Shown here: positions 1-10,716 of the stretch, one piece after another | Position numbering within the stretch: position 1 is the first letter of the stretch | Layout: the number at the start of each line of letters is the position of its first letter | The notes under the pieces: model-generated | What the model was told of the DNA's origin: nothing | The model's input: only the letters and a program-made list of their open reading frames with translations | The model's database searches: none | Assembly (NCBI GenBank): GCA_965198175.1 | Contig: OZ240245.1 | Coordinates: 4,416,001-4,480,000, forward strand | Length of the DNA: 64,000 nt | DNA from: Candidatus Poribacteria bacterium | Lineage (GTDB): Bacteria > Poribacteria > WGA-4E > PCPOR2b | Direction: 5' to 3' | Program-made: the position numbers and the translations under genes

Positions 1-2
1 AG

Positions 3-875
<873 letters not shown>

Positions 876-912
876 TCGAAGACACGTGCGGCTTCCACAC
901 TTTGCATTTTCC

Positions 913-941
913 TTGACAGGCATATGTGTCAAGTCTATAAT
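913..941 (+). promoter_or_regulatory. sigma70 promoter of dapF-dapA
   Basis: Perfect TTGACA (913-918), 17-nt spacer, TATAAT (936-941), 37 nt upstream of dapF ATG. Confidence 0.85.
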
Positions 942-978
942 AACCCCAATTAAATATCGCTAGATAGGATAGAAAATT

Positions 979-1803
979 ATGGCTAAAATTCCGTTTATGA
1001 AACTCAGCGGAGCGGGTAACGACTTCGTGATTATCGACAATCTCGAGTGCACCGTTCCATATGAAAATACAGATTTTGTCGAAAAGGTTTGCGAACGCCG
1101 GATGTCTGTGGGCGCCGATGGTATTCTACTCGTTGAAAAGTCGGAGCGGGCGGATTTTAAGATGCGCTACTTTAACGCCGATGGCGGCGAAGCGGAGACA
1201 TGTGGGAACGGCGCGCGTTGCATCTCTAAGTTTGCGCATATCAACGGCATCACATCCGAGCGTATGCGTTTTGAAACCAAAGCCGGCATCTACGAATCGG
1301 AAATTCTCGAGTCAGGCGTAAAAGTGCGAATGAGCGATCCGACAGATATCCGTTTGAACTTCCCGCTTCAGCTTGATGACGGCGTCTACACCGTCTGTTC
1401 CGCCAATAGCGGCGTGCCGCACGTGGTGTATTTTATTGAAGATCTCGAAGCCGCGGACGTTATTAATCTCGGAGCGCAAACACGTTATCACGACGATTTT
1501 CTGCCCGCAGGAACGAACGTAAATTTTGTGCGAATCAAAAACGATCGAGAAATTGATATTCGCACCTATGAGCGGGGAGTCGAAGATGAAACCCTTGCTT
1601 GCGGCACCGGCTCAATTGCGTCGGCTGTATTGTCTACGCTGCGCGGGAAGACTATTCCACCGGTCGCTGTGCGGACAGCTAGCGGATCTGTGTTGACAAT
1701 CCACTTCGATTTAGATGGCAGTGAACCCAAAAACGTACATCTAGAGGGGGATGCACGAGTCATCTATGCCGGCGAACTTGAAGAAGGCGCGTGGATTTAC
1801 TGA
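979..1803 (+). CDS. dapF: Diaminopimelate epimerase
   Basis: GAGNDF, NADGGEAETCGNGARC, GVPHVV, ERGVEDETLACGTG motifs. Confidence 0.97.
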   Translation: MAKIPFMKLSGAGNDFVIIDNLECTVPYENTDFVEKVCERRMSVGADGILLVEKSERADFKMRYFNADGGEAETCGNGARCISKFAHINGITSERMRFETKAGIYESEILESGVKVRMSDPTDIRLNFPLQLDDGVYTVCSANSGVPHVVYFIEDLEAADVINLGAQTRYHDDFLPAGTNVNFVRIKNDREIDIRTYERGVEDETLACGTGSIASAVLSTLRGKTIPPVAVRTASGSVLTIHFDLDGSEPKNVHLEGDARVIYAGELEEGAWIY

Positions 1804-1840
1804 AGGCAAGAGGCGATCAAGGAATTAAAGGAGGTTTCAC

Positions 1841-2716
1841 ATGTTTGAAGGATCCTTTGTGGCTATCGTAACGCCGTTCAAAAATGATGAATCGCTCGAC
1901 GAAAGCAAACTCAAGGAACTCATCGATTTTCAGATTGCTGAAGGGACACACGGTATCGTCCCTTGTGGGACCACTGGAGAATCGCCGACGCTTTCCCACT
2001 TGGAACACGATCGGGTTGTTGCGCTGACCGCCGAATCAGTTAACGGGCGCGCTCTTGTAATCGCCGGATCGGGTTCAAACTCAACCGCGGAGGCGCTGCG
2101 GTTGACAAAACACGCTAAGGCGGTAGGCGCCGACGGTGCGTTGGTCATCACACCTTACTACAATAAACCGACGCAGGCCGGTCTGTTCGCCCACTTCATA
2201 AAAATAGCGGACGCTGTCGATATCCCGATTATCATCTACAACGTCCCCTCACGCACAGGCATAGACATCCTCCCCGAAACGCTCGCCAAACTCGCAAAGC
2301 ACCCAAATATTGTTGGCACCAAAGAGGCGACCGGACTAGTCAGACGTTCCAGCGACATTGTACACATGTGCGGCGAGGATTTTATCATCCTTTCCGGAAA
2401 CGACGACGACACCTTTCCAATTCTTGCGGTCGGCGGGAGTGGGGTAATCTCCGTCGTTGCCAATGTTGCGCCCGCCGATGTTGCAGAGATGTGCAACGCT
2501 TTCAAAGCGGGTAACATCGAACTCGCCCGAAAACTGCATTACAAAACGCTGCCCCTCGCTATAGATCTCTTTATCGAAACCAACCCTATCCCCGCTAAGA
2601 CCGCCCTTATGTTGATGGGAAAACTCAACGGCAAAATGCGGCTTCCGCTCGCGCCAATGGCAAGCGCAAATATGGAGAAGCTCCGCCGGACATTGGCGGA
2701 TTCGGGCTTGCTTTAG
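1841..2716 (+). CDS. dapA: 4-hydroxy-tetrahydrodipicolinate synthase
   Basis: GTTGESPTL, PYYNKP, YNVPSRTG, KEA, ETNPIP motifs; AAGGAGG RBS. Confidence 0.97.
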   Translation: MFEGSFVAIVTPFKNDESLDESKLKELIDFQIAEGTHGIVPCGTTGESPTLSHLEHDRVVALTAESVNGRALVIAGSGSNSTAEALRLTKHAKAVGADGALVITPYYNKPTQAGLFAHFIKIADAVDIPIIIYNVPSRTGIDILPETLAKLAKHPNIVGTKEATGLVRRSSDIVHMCGEDFIILSGNDDDTFPILAVGGSGVISVVANVAPADVAEMCNAFKAGNIELARKLHYKTLPLAIDLFIETNPIPAKTALMLMGKLNGKMRLPLAPMASANMEKLRRTLADSGLL

Positions 2717-3159
2717 GAACGTCGAATGTGAATCTCTACCGCGTAACAGAACACAGGGTTAATGTAATCGCTTGGATGGCTTGTCGGCACAGTTTTGCGA
2801 ATGGAATGAAGGGCGGCAAATCGGATTCAGTTGTATTTTCCATTGACAACCGCCGAAAGATAGCCCGCTATCTGAGATTGCCTTATCTGTCTTAATATGG
2901 ATTTTCTCCGGTCTTCTATAGCGAAACCCTCGCCAGCGTATGCACGGCAGCATTCCTATGCCGAGTGAATGGAGATGAATCGCTTCCTACCTAATGTTTT
3001 TACTCACGCCACAGATACTTAACTACCTTGAATACAACATTGCCCATACCCACCGTGAAAGAGCGAATTCAAATTGACAAGCGCTATTTGTACACTAGTT
3101 GAACATGACGACGAATATTTTTTGCGTGTCGCAATGCAACTCACGAAATATAATGGCTG

Positions 3160-4845
3160 ATGTCAGATAAAAAACGGAAATTTGTGTTAGCGGGGCTTGC
3201 CTTTCTTGCAATCTGCGCCCTTGCAGTATATGGGGCACGGCACCTTGAGCAGCCTGGCGGTCTGGTTTGGTATAGCATCGTCCCGCCGCTTTTTGCAGTC
3301 ACGTTGGCGATTGCAACCAATCGGTTGATGTTCAGCCTCGGCTTGGCTGTAGTTGTTGGGATTGTCCTCTCCTCGGTAAAAAGTCAGCCCGCATCAATCG
3401 TAATGTGGGTTCCCTCCGTCTTCAACCATACCTTTTCGGTAGTAAAGTCTGTCACAGATTCGTTTAACCTCCTCGTGATTCTCTTCATCGTGCTGATTTT
3501 GTCGACGATTTCAGTCGTAATCGTATCCGGCGGAATCCAAGGCATAATCAACTGGCTCACACGCTTTGCGAAGGGACCGCGCTCAACCCAGCTTGTCACT
3601 GTGCTAATGGGGTTTGCCGTTTTTATTGACGACTATGCAAACACCATGATTGTCGGTTCAGCGATGCGGCCCGCGACCGACCACCAACGCATTAGCCGCG
3701 CAAAATTGGCGTACCTCGTCGATTCTACGACTGCGCCGATTGCAGGTCTCGCTGTGGTGAGTACATGGATTGGCTATGAAGTCGGGTTGTTCACCGAGGT
3801 CGCGAACTCGCTAGAAATACAACGGGACGGTTATTCCATGTTCTTCGACGCGCTGGGGTTCAGGTTCTATTGCATGATGACGATAATTTTCGTTATTGCA
3901 AATGCAATCAGCGGTGTGGATTACGGGCCGATGCGGAAAGCACAAATACGCGCTAGGAGAACAGGGGCAGACGATTCCGGGGATGCGAAGATTAAGACCT
4001 CGAGAGTATTCACGGCATTGAAGCATTCCCCTTCAGCGATTATCCATCCGCTGGCTGCAATCGTTCCCATCGGAACGCTTTTCGGTGCAATGTTGATAGG
4101 ATTTTGGATTGATGGCGGGGGGCATGGATCTATCCTCTCTCTATCGGCTTGGCGTAACGTATTATCCGAAGCGAACAACGTAAAAATTCTAACAATTGCT
4201 TCCGGAAGCAGCTTTCTATTGGCTATCGGGTGTGCAAGGCTACTATCTCGGATTCGCCTATCCGAAATAAGGGTTGCCGTACTCTCAGGTCTCAAGGGCA
4301 GCCTGCTGCCGACGACTATTCTGGTCTTAGCGTGGAGTTTGAAAGCTGTCTGTGATCAACTTAACACGGGCGGTTTTCTCGCCGCGGCAGTCGAAGGTGT
4401 CCTTTCGCCGATTTGGTTCCCGGCGCTCCTGTTCATCGTGGCGTCCGTGACCTCCTTCGCGACCGGGACGAGCTGGGGTACCATGGCGATACTTATTCCG
4501 ACTGCCATTCCGGTGGCTTTTTCACTTGATGGCAGTGTCTATGGATTGACGACGATGATTAGCTTGGGGGCGGTACTTGACGGCTCAATCTTCGGCGATC
4601 ACTGCTCGCCCATCTCCGACACGACCATCATGAGTTCCATCGCCAGCGAATGCGAACCCATCCACCACGTGCACACCCAACTCCCCTACAGCTTGACTGT
4701 CGCCGGACTTGCACTCATCTGCGGGTACATTCCGGCAGCCTTGGGCGTTTCACCCTACCTCGCAATCTCCGTCGCGGCAGCTTTAATTGTTCTCCTGCTC
4801 TACATTATTGGCAAACTTGACTCAAGTCAACAGGTTGTTGCATAA
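3160..4845 (+). CDS. NhaC-family Na+/H+ antiporter-like transporter
   Basis: Multi-TM; FIDDYAN, AYLVDSTTAP, SFATGTSWGT, GDHCSPISDTTIMSS motifs. Confidence 0.85.
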   Translation: MSDKKRKFVLAGLAFLAICALAVYGARHLEQPGGLVWYSIVPPLFAVTLAIATNRLMFSLGLAVVVGIVLSSVKSQPASIVMWVPSVFNHTFSVVKSVTDSFNLLVILFIVLILSTISVVIVSGGIQGIINWLTRFAKGPRSTQLVTVLMGFAVFIDDYANTMIVGSAMRPATDHQRISRAKLAYLVDSTTAPIAGLAVVSTWIGYEVGLFTEVANSLEIQRDGYSMFFDALGFRFYCMMTIIFVIANAISGVDYGPMRKAQIRARRTGADDSGDAKIKTSRVFTALKHSPSAIIHPLAAIVPIGTLFGAMLIGFWIDGGGHGSILSLSAWRNVLSEANNVKILTIASGSSFLLAIGCARLLSRIRLSEIRVAVLSGLKGSLLPTTILVLAWSLKAVCDQLNTGGFLAAAVEGVLSPIWFPALLFIVASVTSFATGTSWGTMAILIPTAIPVAFSLDGSVYGLTTMISLGAVLDGSIFGDHCSPISDTTIMSSIASECEPIHHVHTQLPYSLTVAGLALICGYIPAALGVSPYLAISVAAALIVLLLYIIGKLDSSQQVVA

Positions 4846-4884
4846 TTAAAAAAATTCCCTTACCCTGACCGTCACGTGGGTAAA

Positions 4885-5124
4885 AGTTCTTGCAGGTTGG
4901 GTAGAGCGTTCAACTGAACGGATAAATCAACCGACCGAATAGGGAGTGCAATAGAGATCTTAGTCGATAGTCTTCTGCACCTGCACCTCTTTCAGGTTAG
5001 GTCTGCCGAATGATCAGATCGTCTGGAATCGGAATTCCCTCCTACTAGAATTCTTCCCCTTTAGGAGCGATCTCCGCATCGCGACGCATTCTCAGTTGAT
5101 CGCTCTACCCAACCTACGAAAACT
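4885..5124. repeat. GTAG-REP-like mosaic element E1 (240 bp)
   Basis: Terminal IRs AGTTCTTGCAGGTTGGGTAGAGCG / CGCTCTACCCAACCTACGAAAACT; interior homologous to 7737-7930. Confidence 0.85.
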
Positions 5125-5164
5125 GAATTTTGTTTCGTCATTGGAACCGAAAGGAGATATTTAA

Positions 5165-6202
5165 ATGACGCTCAGAGAACACATTGATGACATACGCAAC
5201 CGTTTAAAAGGGGGAGAGTTTAAGAACGAGCAATCTGTTTCTCAGGGCGTCGTGCTTAGGCTACTCGGCGAACTGGATTGGCCAACTCATGATACCCAGG
5301 TTGTTTTTCCTGAACACCCTGTTGATGGGAGAAGAGTCGATTTCGCGTTGTGTCAACCCCCATCAAAGCCACTGGTCTTCATTGAAGTAAAGCCAGTTGG
5401 AAAAAGTGAAGGGGCAGAGAAACAGCTATTTGAATATGCTTTTCACAAAGGAGTGCCAGTTGTTATCCTCACCGATGGTCAGGAATGGCACTTTTTCCAC
5501 CCAAGTGGGCAAGGAGATTACGCAGAACGTAGGGTATGCAGACTGGATTTGATTGAAATGGACAGTGAGGAAAGCACCGAGCTTCTAAGCAGATATCTCA
5601 ACTACAAGTCGATATGTAATGATGAAGCCATTAAAGCAATCCAAGACGATTATCGGGACGTCACCAAGCAGAGACAGATTGTGACTAGTTTGCCAGAGGC
5701 ATGGGGCAGATTGGTGCAGGAAGAAGATGAGTTCTTGTTGGAAATAATCGCGGAGAAAACGGAGAGTCTGTGCGGGAATAAGCCAAGCGTCGGGCAGGTG
5801 TTGAGATTCCTAAATACGCTAAGCGTAGCTGAACCACACCCGAAAGAAATACCTCCTCCACCCGTGGAGATGCCTCCTCCGCCAACACAGGAAGAACCGC
5901 GAAGCTTCATGGGCAAAAAACCGCCCACACGACTTGTTGTCATTATGACTGATGGTGAGAAGATTGATTATCCTGAAGCTATAAAGACGTTCGCTGTGGT
6001 AATTGAAAAGCTCGGAATCGATCGAGTGAGAAATGTATACTCTAATCTCATATCCGCCGAAAGATCATCAAAATATGGGTATCCGGTAGGTCGATATTTT
6101 ATAAGACATCAGACAAGCACGAAGCACAAGAAGAAGATGCTAGATCGAATTGCTTCCCAGCTTAGCGTGCAAATGACAGTGCAAATAGTCCCAAAAAATT
6201 AA
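5165..6202 (+). CDS. Type I restriction HsdR N-terminal-like PD-(D/E)xK nuclease domain protein, stand-alone
   Basis: NEQSV, LLGELDW, RVDFAL, FIEVK, QLFEYAF, ILTDGQEW pattern; Pro-rich linker; small C-terminal domain; AAGGAG RBS. Confidence 0.8.
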   Translation: MTLREHIDDIRNRLKGGEFKNEQSVSQGVVLRLLGELDWPTHDTQVVFPEHPVDGRRVDFALCQPPSKPLVFIEVKPVGKSEGAEKQLFEYAFHKGVPVVILTDGQEWHFFHPSGQGDYAERRVCRLDLIEMDSEESTELLSRYLNYKSICNDEAIKAIQDDYRDVTKQRQIVTSLPEAWGRLVQEEDEFLLEIIAEKTESLCGNKPSVGQVLRFLNTLSVAEPHPKEIPPPPVEMPPPPTQEEPRSFMGKKPPTRLVVIMTDGEKIDYPEAIKTFAVVIEKLGIDRVRNVYSNLISAERSSKYGYPVGRYFIRHQTSTKHKKKMLDRIASQLSVQMTVQIVPKN

Positions 6203-6254
6203 GCGGATTTAACTCATTCCCTACCGAATTCGCACGATGGCGATTTGTTCGCTC

Positions 6255-6291
6255 AATTTTTGTAGGTTGGGTAGAGCGGGTAAGTCCAATT
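6255..6291 (+). repeat. Single REP-like arm E2 (truncated element)
   Basis: TTTTTGTAGGTTGGGTAGAGCGGGTAAGTCCAA; no closing arm found. Confidence 0.7.
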
Positions 6292-6424
6292 AGTCTTGGC
6301 TCCGGCAAGTTCTCATTTTATCTCTTTCACCCAACAGTGTGCGGCATCAGAATTATCTGCCGGATAAAAGGAGAGTGTGAACACAGCTACACATGCGAGT
6401 AGAGTTGTGGTGGCTAGGATTCGC

Positions 6425-7045
6425 TTATTCAAAGTACACCCCCCTTTCGTTCATCGCACTAATCAGGTTGTCAATATACCAGTCAACCCATTCAGGTTCG
6501 TCTTCGTCCTCTTCCAACAGAGAACGCATCTCTGCAAGGTAACTTTGTCGTTCAGCGATTGACTTCGGGCGCAAATTCCTTGCCGTATCGTCCCAGGTCT
6601 CTTTCATTAAAGCCTCAACTTCAGCAGCCATGCGATGATATTCAGGTTCGAGCTCTGCCAGCGTATCTCGCTGTCTCTGTAACTCTTCTTCTGATATTTC
6701 AACATCAGAATCATTAGTTACACCTTCGGAAGTGCTAAAATCATGCTCGTCAAAAACATCCGCTTTTTCATCGTGAACAGCTACTGATTCAACAGACATT
6801 GCCGTTTCGGTTTGTTCTACATTACTTTCAACCAGTTTTGACTCTTTAAATTGAGGCAATGCAGTTACCGTTGGCGAAGTAGAGCGACCAGTATTGACTT
6901 CGACGTTTCCAGGTCGCTCCGGCGCAATCTCATAGATTATTTTCGGCTCATCTAATTCCCAACTTTGTTGAGTATAGATGACCAAAATTGAAATAGCGAT
7001 TAACAGTATACACACTGCTATTCCGGCGTACCATTTCCTGTTCAT
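6425..7045 (-). CDS. Hypothetical membrane-anchored acidic protein
   Basis: AGAGGAGG RBS, N-terminal TM helix, acidic low-complexity middle, helical C-terminus. Confidence 0.7.
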   Translation of the reverse strand: MNRKWYAGIAVCILLIAISILVIYTQQSWELDEPKIIYEIAPERPGNVEVNTGRSTSPTVTALPQFKESKLVESNVEQTETAMSVESVAVHDEKADVFDEHDFSTSEGVTNDSDVEISEEELQRQRDTLAELEPEYHRMAAEVEALMKETWDDTARNLRPKSIAERQSYLAEMRSLLEEDEDEPEWVDWYIDNLISAMNERGVYFE

Positions 7046-7626
7046 GATGTAACCTCCTCTTGGTTGTGTGACATGCCTAGTTTATCAAAGTTAAAATCTT
7101 CTGTCAACAACTATACTTCGGCATAATTTTAGCGTGACAAATTAAAAGGGAAGAAATTATACTTCGCACTGTTGTACTACTGCTGCCAGTGCTTTAAGTT
7201 CTGTTTCAACGTCCACTACTCATCTGCGGAGGGCTTCGGTGGTTTAGAGGGCAAATATGTAAATAATTTCAATTTACCAGAATCAATGCTATGTCGAGCG
7301 AAATTGAGTATATCAACAACTCCAATGAGATTTAGCTGTTCACCTAAACTTAGTTGACTCATTAAGCATAATCTGACGATTAGGATGTTTGCTGGCAAGG
7401 TTTTATAAGAATACGGATTTGGAATCATTGTTAAATTTTCCTCAATTTGTATTTTCACATGATTCCTAAAGAGTGCGAAATTCTACAATTCATCAGTATA
7501 GTCCCCATTGAAATGAATCTCCGAGTTCCAATATCTGATGGCAAGTTTGTGAGTGATGGGCGGAAGGAGCCAGGATTTAGGCAGCATTTTTCCGCATCAT
7601 AGCGCTTTAAAAGCACATCCTATCAA

Positions 7627-7954
7627 AGTTCTTGTAGGTTGGGCAGAGCGGGTGATTCCAATACCGTTCCTGAAGCAATAACCGATCCAACGACCAAACA
7701 TCGCACGTCGCGAAATACATGTAGCGAAACCCAACGATCAACTGAACGAATAGATCAGCCGACCGAAAAGGGAGGGCGATAGAGATCTTAGGCGCTAGTC
7801 TTTTGCGCCTGTACCTCTTCCAGATAAAGGCTGCCGAATGATCAGATCGTCGGGAATCGTAATTCCCACTTACTAGTATTCCACCCTACCGTAGGAGCGA
7901 TCTCCGAATCGCGACAAATTCTCAGTTAATCGCTTAACCCAACCTCCAAAAACT
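7627..7954. repeat. GTAG-REP-like mosaic element E3 (328 bp)
   Basis: Terminal IRs; 70-nt loop REP at 7634-7736; nested second REP pair at 7849-7915. Confidence 0.85.
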
Positions 7955-8237
7955 TAGTGGAAGGTTACGATTCGCCGGCGGAGAAACGCAACCAACAAGT
8001 ATTTGGAAAAAAGGGTTACAAAACACGGAAAGCAATGGTAAATTTTAACCATAAGGAAATTGTAGTTCACAGATTCAAATAATTTCATAGTTTTCATAGT
8101 TTTCCGATCAACAGTAAGGATTTGTATGTGGTGAAAAAGCGCGCAAATTCAGTCCGGCGCTGATCTTGGCGTAGTTCACGAAAAGATGACACGTGAGTTT
8201 ACTATGAAACTTTTCTGTTTTTTTTGGAAGGGAGAAA

Positions 8238-8415
8238 AGTACTTGTAGGTTGGGTTAAGCGGGTTCATGATAAAACGCTACATTCAACGCATAAGTGCCG
8301 CGACTGAATTTCGATTCCAAATCACCTTGCCGTAGCGAACCCAACGCTTTTCTGTCGTCTGGAGGTTTCAAAAGCGTTGGGTTTCGCCTTTGGCTCAACC
8401 CAACCTACAAGAGAT
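8238..8415. repeat. GTAG-REP-like element E4
   Basis: 70-nt loop REP (8245-8346) facing a compact REP (reverse: GTAGGTTGGGTTGAGCCAAAGGCGAAACCCAAC). Confidence 0.85.
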
Positions 8416-8513
8416 GAAATTGATGCCGGGACGCTCCGTCATCCAACCTGCCACGCGATGATGATTGCCTGTAATCGGGCATCTCCGTCGCCCAAACAAC
8501 AGGAGCCATGCCA

Positions 8514-8687
8514 ATGCAGGCACAAAGCATAGAAGATGTTATGTCGAAATACAACATGGACTCGGACGATGTGTTAGCATTGCGAGCAATGTGGAATGGC
8601 CAGGTTCACATTGCTAGCGATGATGCCGTGTTGAGAGATATGGAGGATCCGTGGGAGAACACATTTCCGGATATCTCTCGTGATTAG
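8514..8687 (+). CDS. Small acidic hypothetical protein (57 aa), below the ORF-track cutoff
   Basis: AGGAG at 8501-8505, ATG 8514, MQAQSIEDVMSKYNMDSDDVLALRAMWNGQ...PDISRD, stop TAG 8685-8687. Confidence 0.5.
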   Translation: MQAQSIEDVMSKYNMDSDDVLALRAMWNGQVHIASDDAVLRDMEDPWENTFPDISRD

Positions 8688-8951
8688 CCGCTGCCCAAAG
8701 GGCCATCGGTAACATTTCAGTCGTTGGACGATTCCAAATACAATCGGGCATTGACATTGTTTATAATATTGTCAAATCAAGAATTGCGTACTGTTGTAGA
8801 AGTCTGAACTTACCCCCAGCCTTTGGACAACGCTGTATAAGACTTGAGGCATTAACCGTTGCCAATTTGATCAAGTTGAAACGCCGGAAAGAATTAGTAA
8901 TACGCTTCGTGTGGCGCGGGGTTTGTAGCCGTCGTTAAGTTTGTAGCAATG

Positions 8952-9075
8952 AAAAGCGTTGGGTTACTCTATACAGACAGACAGATTTTTTCAAAGTCAT
9001 CGTTGAGGAATTTGGACGAAGTGCGGCCGCCGTGACGTAGTTGGAATTAGGCGCTCAACCGAACCTACAAAACCT
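8952..9075 (-). repeat. REP-like element E5 (single loop-REP)
   Basis: CGCTCAACCGAACCTAC arm (9052-9068) and CGTTGGGTTAC inner arm; 79-nt loop containing an ACAG microsatellite. Confidence 0.7.
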
Positions 9076-9086
9076 TGGAATGCACC

Positions 9087-9836
9087 ATGAATCGTATTGC
9101 TGTCACCATGGCAAAATTGGCTGGCCTTTATAAGACTGTTTGTTCCCGGTTGGAAGATCGCAGAGCGCATTACTTCGATCCGCCAACTGTACTTGAGTAT
9201 TTTGACACTTATAATCAGGCTCTAACAACGCTCAAGGCAGAATTACCGGAACTCTTCAGTGACCGCCCGGATCGGTCTGTGCCGGAGTCTAGCGGAACCA
9301 CAGACTTTGATGGCCGCGGATACATTGAACGCCACCATCTAGAACAACTCACACAGGACATTGATTACATCTTAGAGGTACGAGCTCACTGTGAACTAGA
9401 GGGACCTTTTAGCTCACACGAGCGCGAGCGGCGAGTATTCATTAGTCACGGCTTGCCGCCCGATTGGCTGGAAGTTCAAGGATTTATCGAAAAAGACCTT
9501 GGAATTTCGACCCTTGAATTGGCACAAGAACCGAATCGTGGACGGACGGTACTTCAAAAGCTTGCCGAAGAGTCTAATCGTTGCATCTATGCTGTTGTCG
9601 TTATGACCGGGGATGACAAGATTGAAGATGGGGCACTACGAGCACGCGAGAATGTCATGCATGAAATTGGATACTTTCAGGGAAAGTTTGGTTTGGCAAA
9701 CGTGTGTTTATTACATGAAGAAGGCGTAAACATCCCCAGCAATATTCACGGATTAGTCTACATACCTTTCCCGAAAGGCATCGTGAGTGCGGCGTTTGGT
9801 GCCTTACGACGTGAACTTCGCACAGCCTTCCGATGA
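9087..9836 (+). CDS. TIR-domain (CAP12/Pycsar-type TIR) protein with uncharacterised N-terminal domain
   Basis: VFISHG, GRTVLQKL, AVVVMTGDD, RARENVMHEIGYFQGK, IPSNIHGL match the nucleotide-binding TIR-like family. Confidence 0.85.
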   Translation: MNRIAVTMAKLAGLYKTVCSRLEDRRAHYFDPPTVLEYFDTYNQALTTLKAELPELFSDRPDRSVPESSGTTDFDGRGYIERHHLEQLTQDIDYILEVRAHCELEGPFSSHERERRVFISHGLPPDWLEVQGFIEKDLGISTLELAQEPNRGRTVLQKLAEESNRCIYAVVVMTGDDKIEDGALRARENVMHEIGYFQGKFGLANVCLLHEEGVNIPSNIHGLVYIPFPKGIVSAAFGALRRELRTAFR

Positions 9837-10145
9837 AATCCATGAATTCGCAATAATCTTAAGTACCATTCCTAACGCAAATTTTCAATCGCCACCGATT
9901 TAACCAAAACGGGATTGAAAAATCAATCGAGAAAAAAACTAAAATGGCAACATGAAGATAGGCACAAGCTGATTTAGATACGCCCGACTCGCATAGCTCA
10001 GAGTTACATCAAACCCCGAGAATGCCCTGTCTTAATTGTTGCTCGCGATACAAAGGTCATTTGTACGGCATTGCTAGAGGAAAAATAACAAGGTTTCATC
10101 CAGGTTTAGTTTGTGGAGGCGTTTACCCGTTATTCAGGATTTAAG

Positions 10146-10600
10146 ATGTGTCAAAAACTAGGACGTTTAACCAAAGTACCCATCTGGGAGATTTGGGCCA
10201 ATAAAGCGAGTGATTTTACGCCCTGGTTGGCTATTGAGGGAAATATAGTCCTGGTCAGCTAGGCGATTCACATTGAACTCGAATCGTGGTTCAAGAGCAA
10301 AAAGTCGGCTCATTAAAGGCTGATATTCTATGCAAAGATGCCCGCACAGGTCATTGGGTGCTGATTGAAAATCAACTCGAGCCGACAGTTTTTGTAGGTT
10401 GGGTAGAGCGATCAACTGAGCGAATAGCGAAGGCGATAGTCTTCACCGTCACCAAGACTATCGTGCTTCCTGTTCGGTCGGTCAATGGGCATCGCTACAA
10501 TCTAACCCATACCAAACGCATTCATCCATCAAAACTCATGCGTCAAAATTCACATGTTTCTTCATATCCGCTCTACCCAACCTACAAAAACTGATCATCG
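10146..10600 (+). pseudogene. DUF4268/NucS-like PD-(D/E)xK nuclease N-terminus, decayed and interrupted by element E6
   Basis: LGRLTKV..EIW...SDFTPWLA, TAG at 10260, frameshift near 10285, then EQKVGSLKADILCKD...VLIENQLEPT, the element, and DH. Confidence 0.7.
10387..10592. repeat. GTAG-REP-like mosaic element E6 (206 bp)
   Basis: Perfect 24-bp terminal IR AGTTTTTGTAGGTTGGGTAGAGCG; 70-nt loop at 10499-10568. Confidence 0.9.
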
Positions 10601-10716
10601 TAATCAATGCAAGCAATCTTGTATGAGCTCATGACGAGTTTACTTCGACTCGGAAGATGAATAATTTGGATGTCTTCGTAAATGCCCCATGCCATGCCCT
10701 ACCCTCCGTATTTCAC

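Noticed and set aside
2717..3159. Lysine riboswitch before the NhaC-like transporter next to dapFA
   Set aside because: No L-box consensus or terminator is recognisable by eye; an Rfam cmscan would settle it.
7100..7600. AT-rich 80-aa ORF 7216-7458
   Set aside because: No RBS, flanked by in-frame stops and no recognisable motif; probably a gene remnant.
10286..10594. ORFs 10286-10594, 11233-11445, 37652-37882 and 37919-38116 as real genes
   Set aside because: They largely translate repeat elements (VGWVER, LPNLQ, LNPTY).
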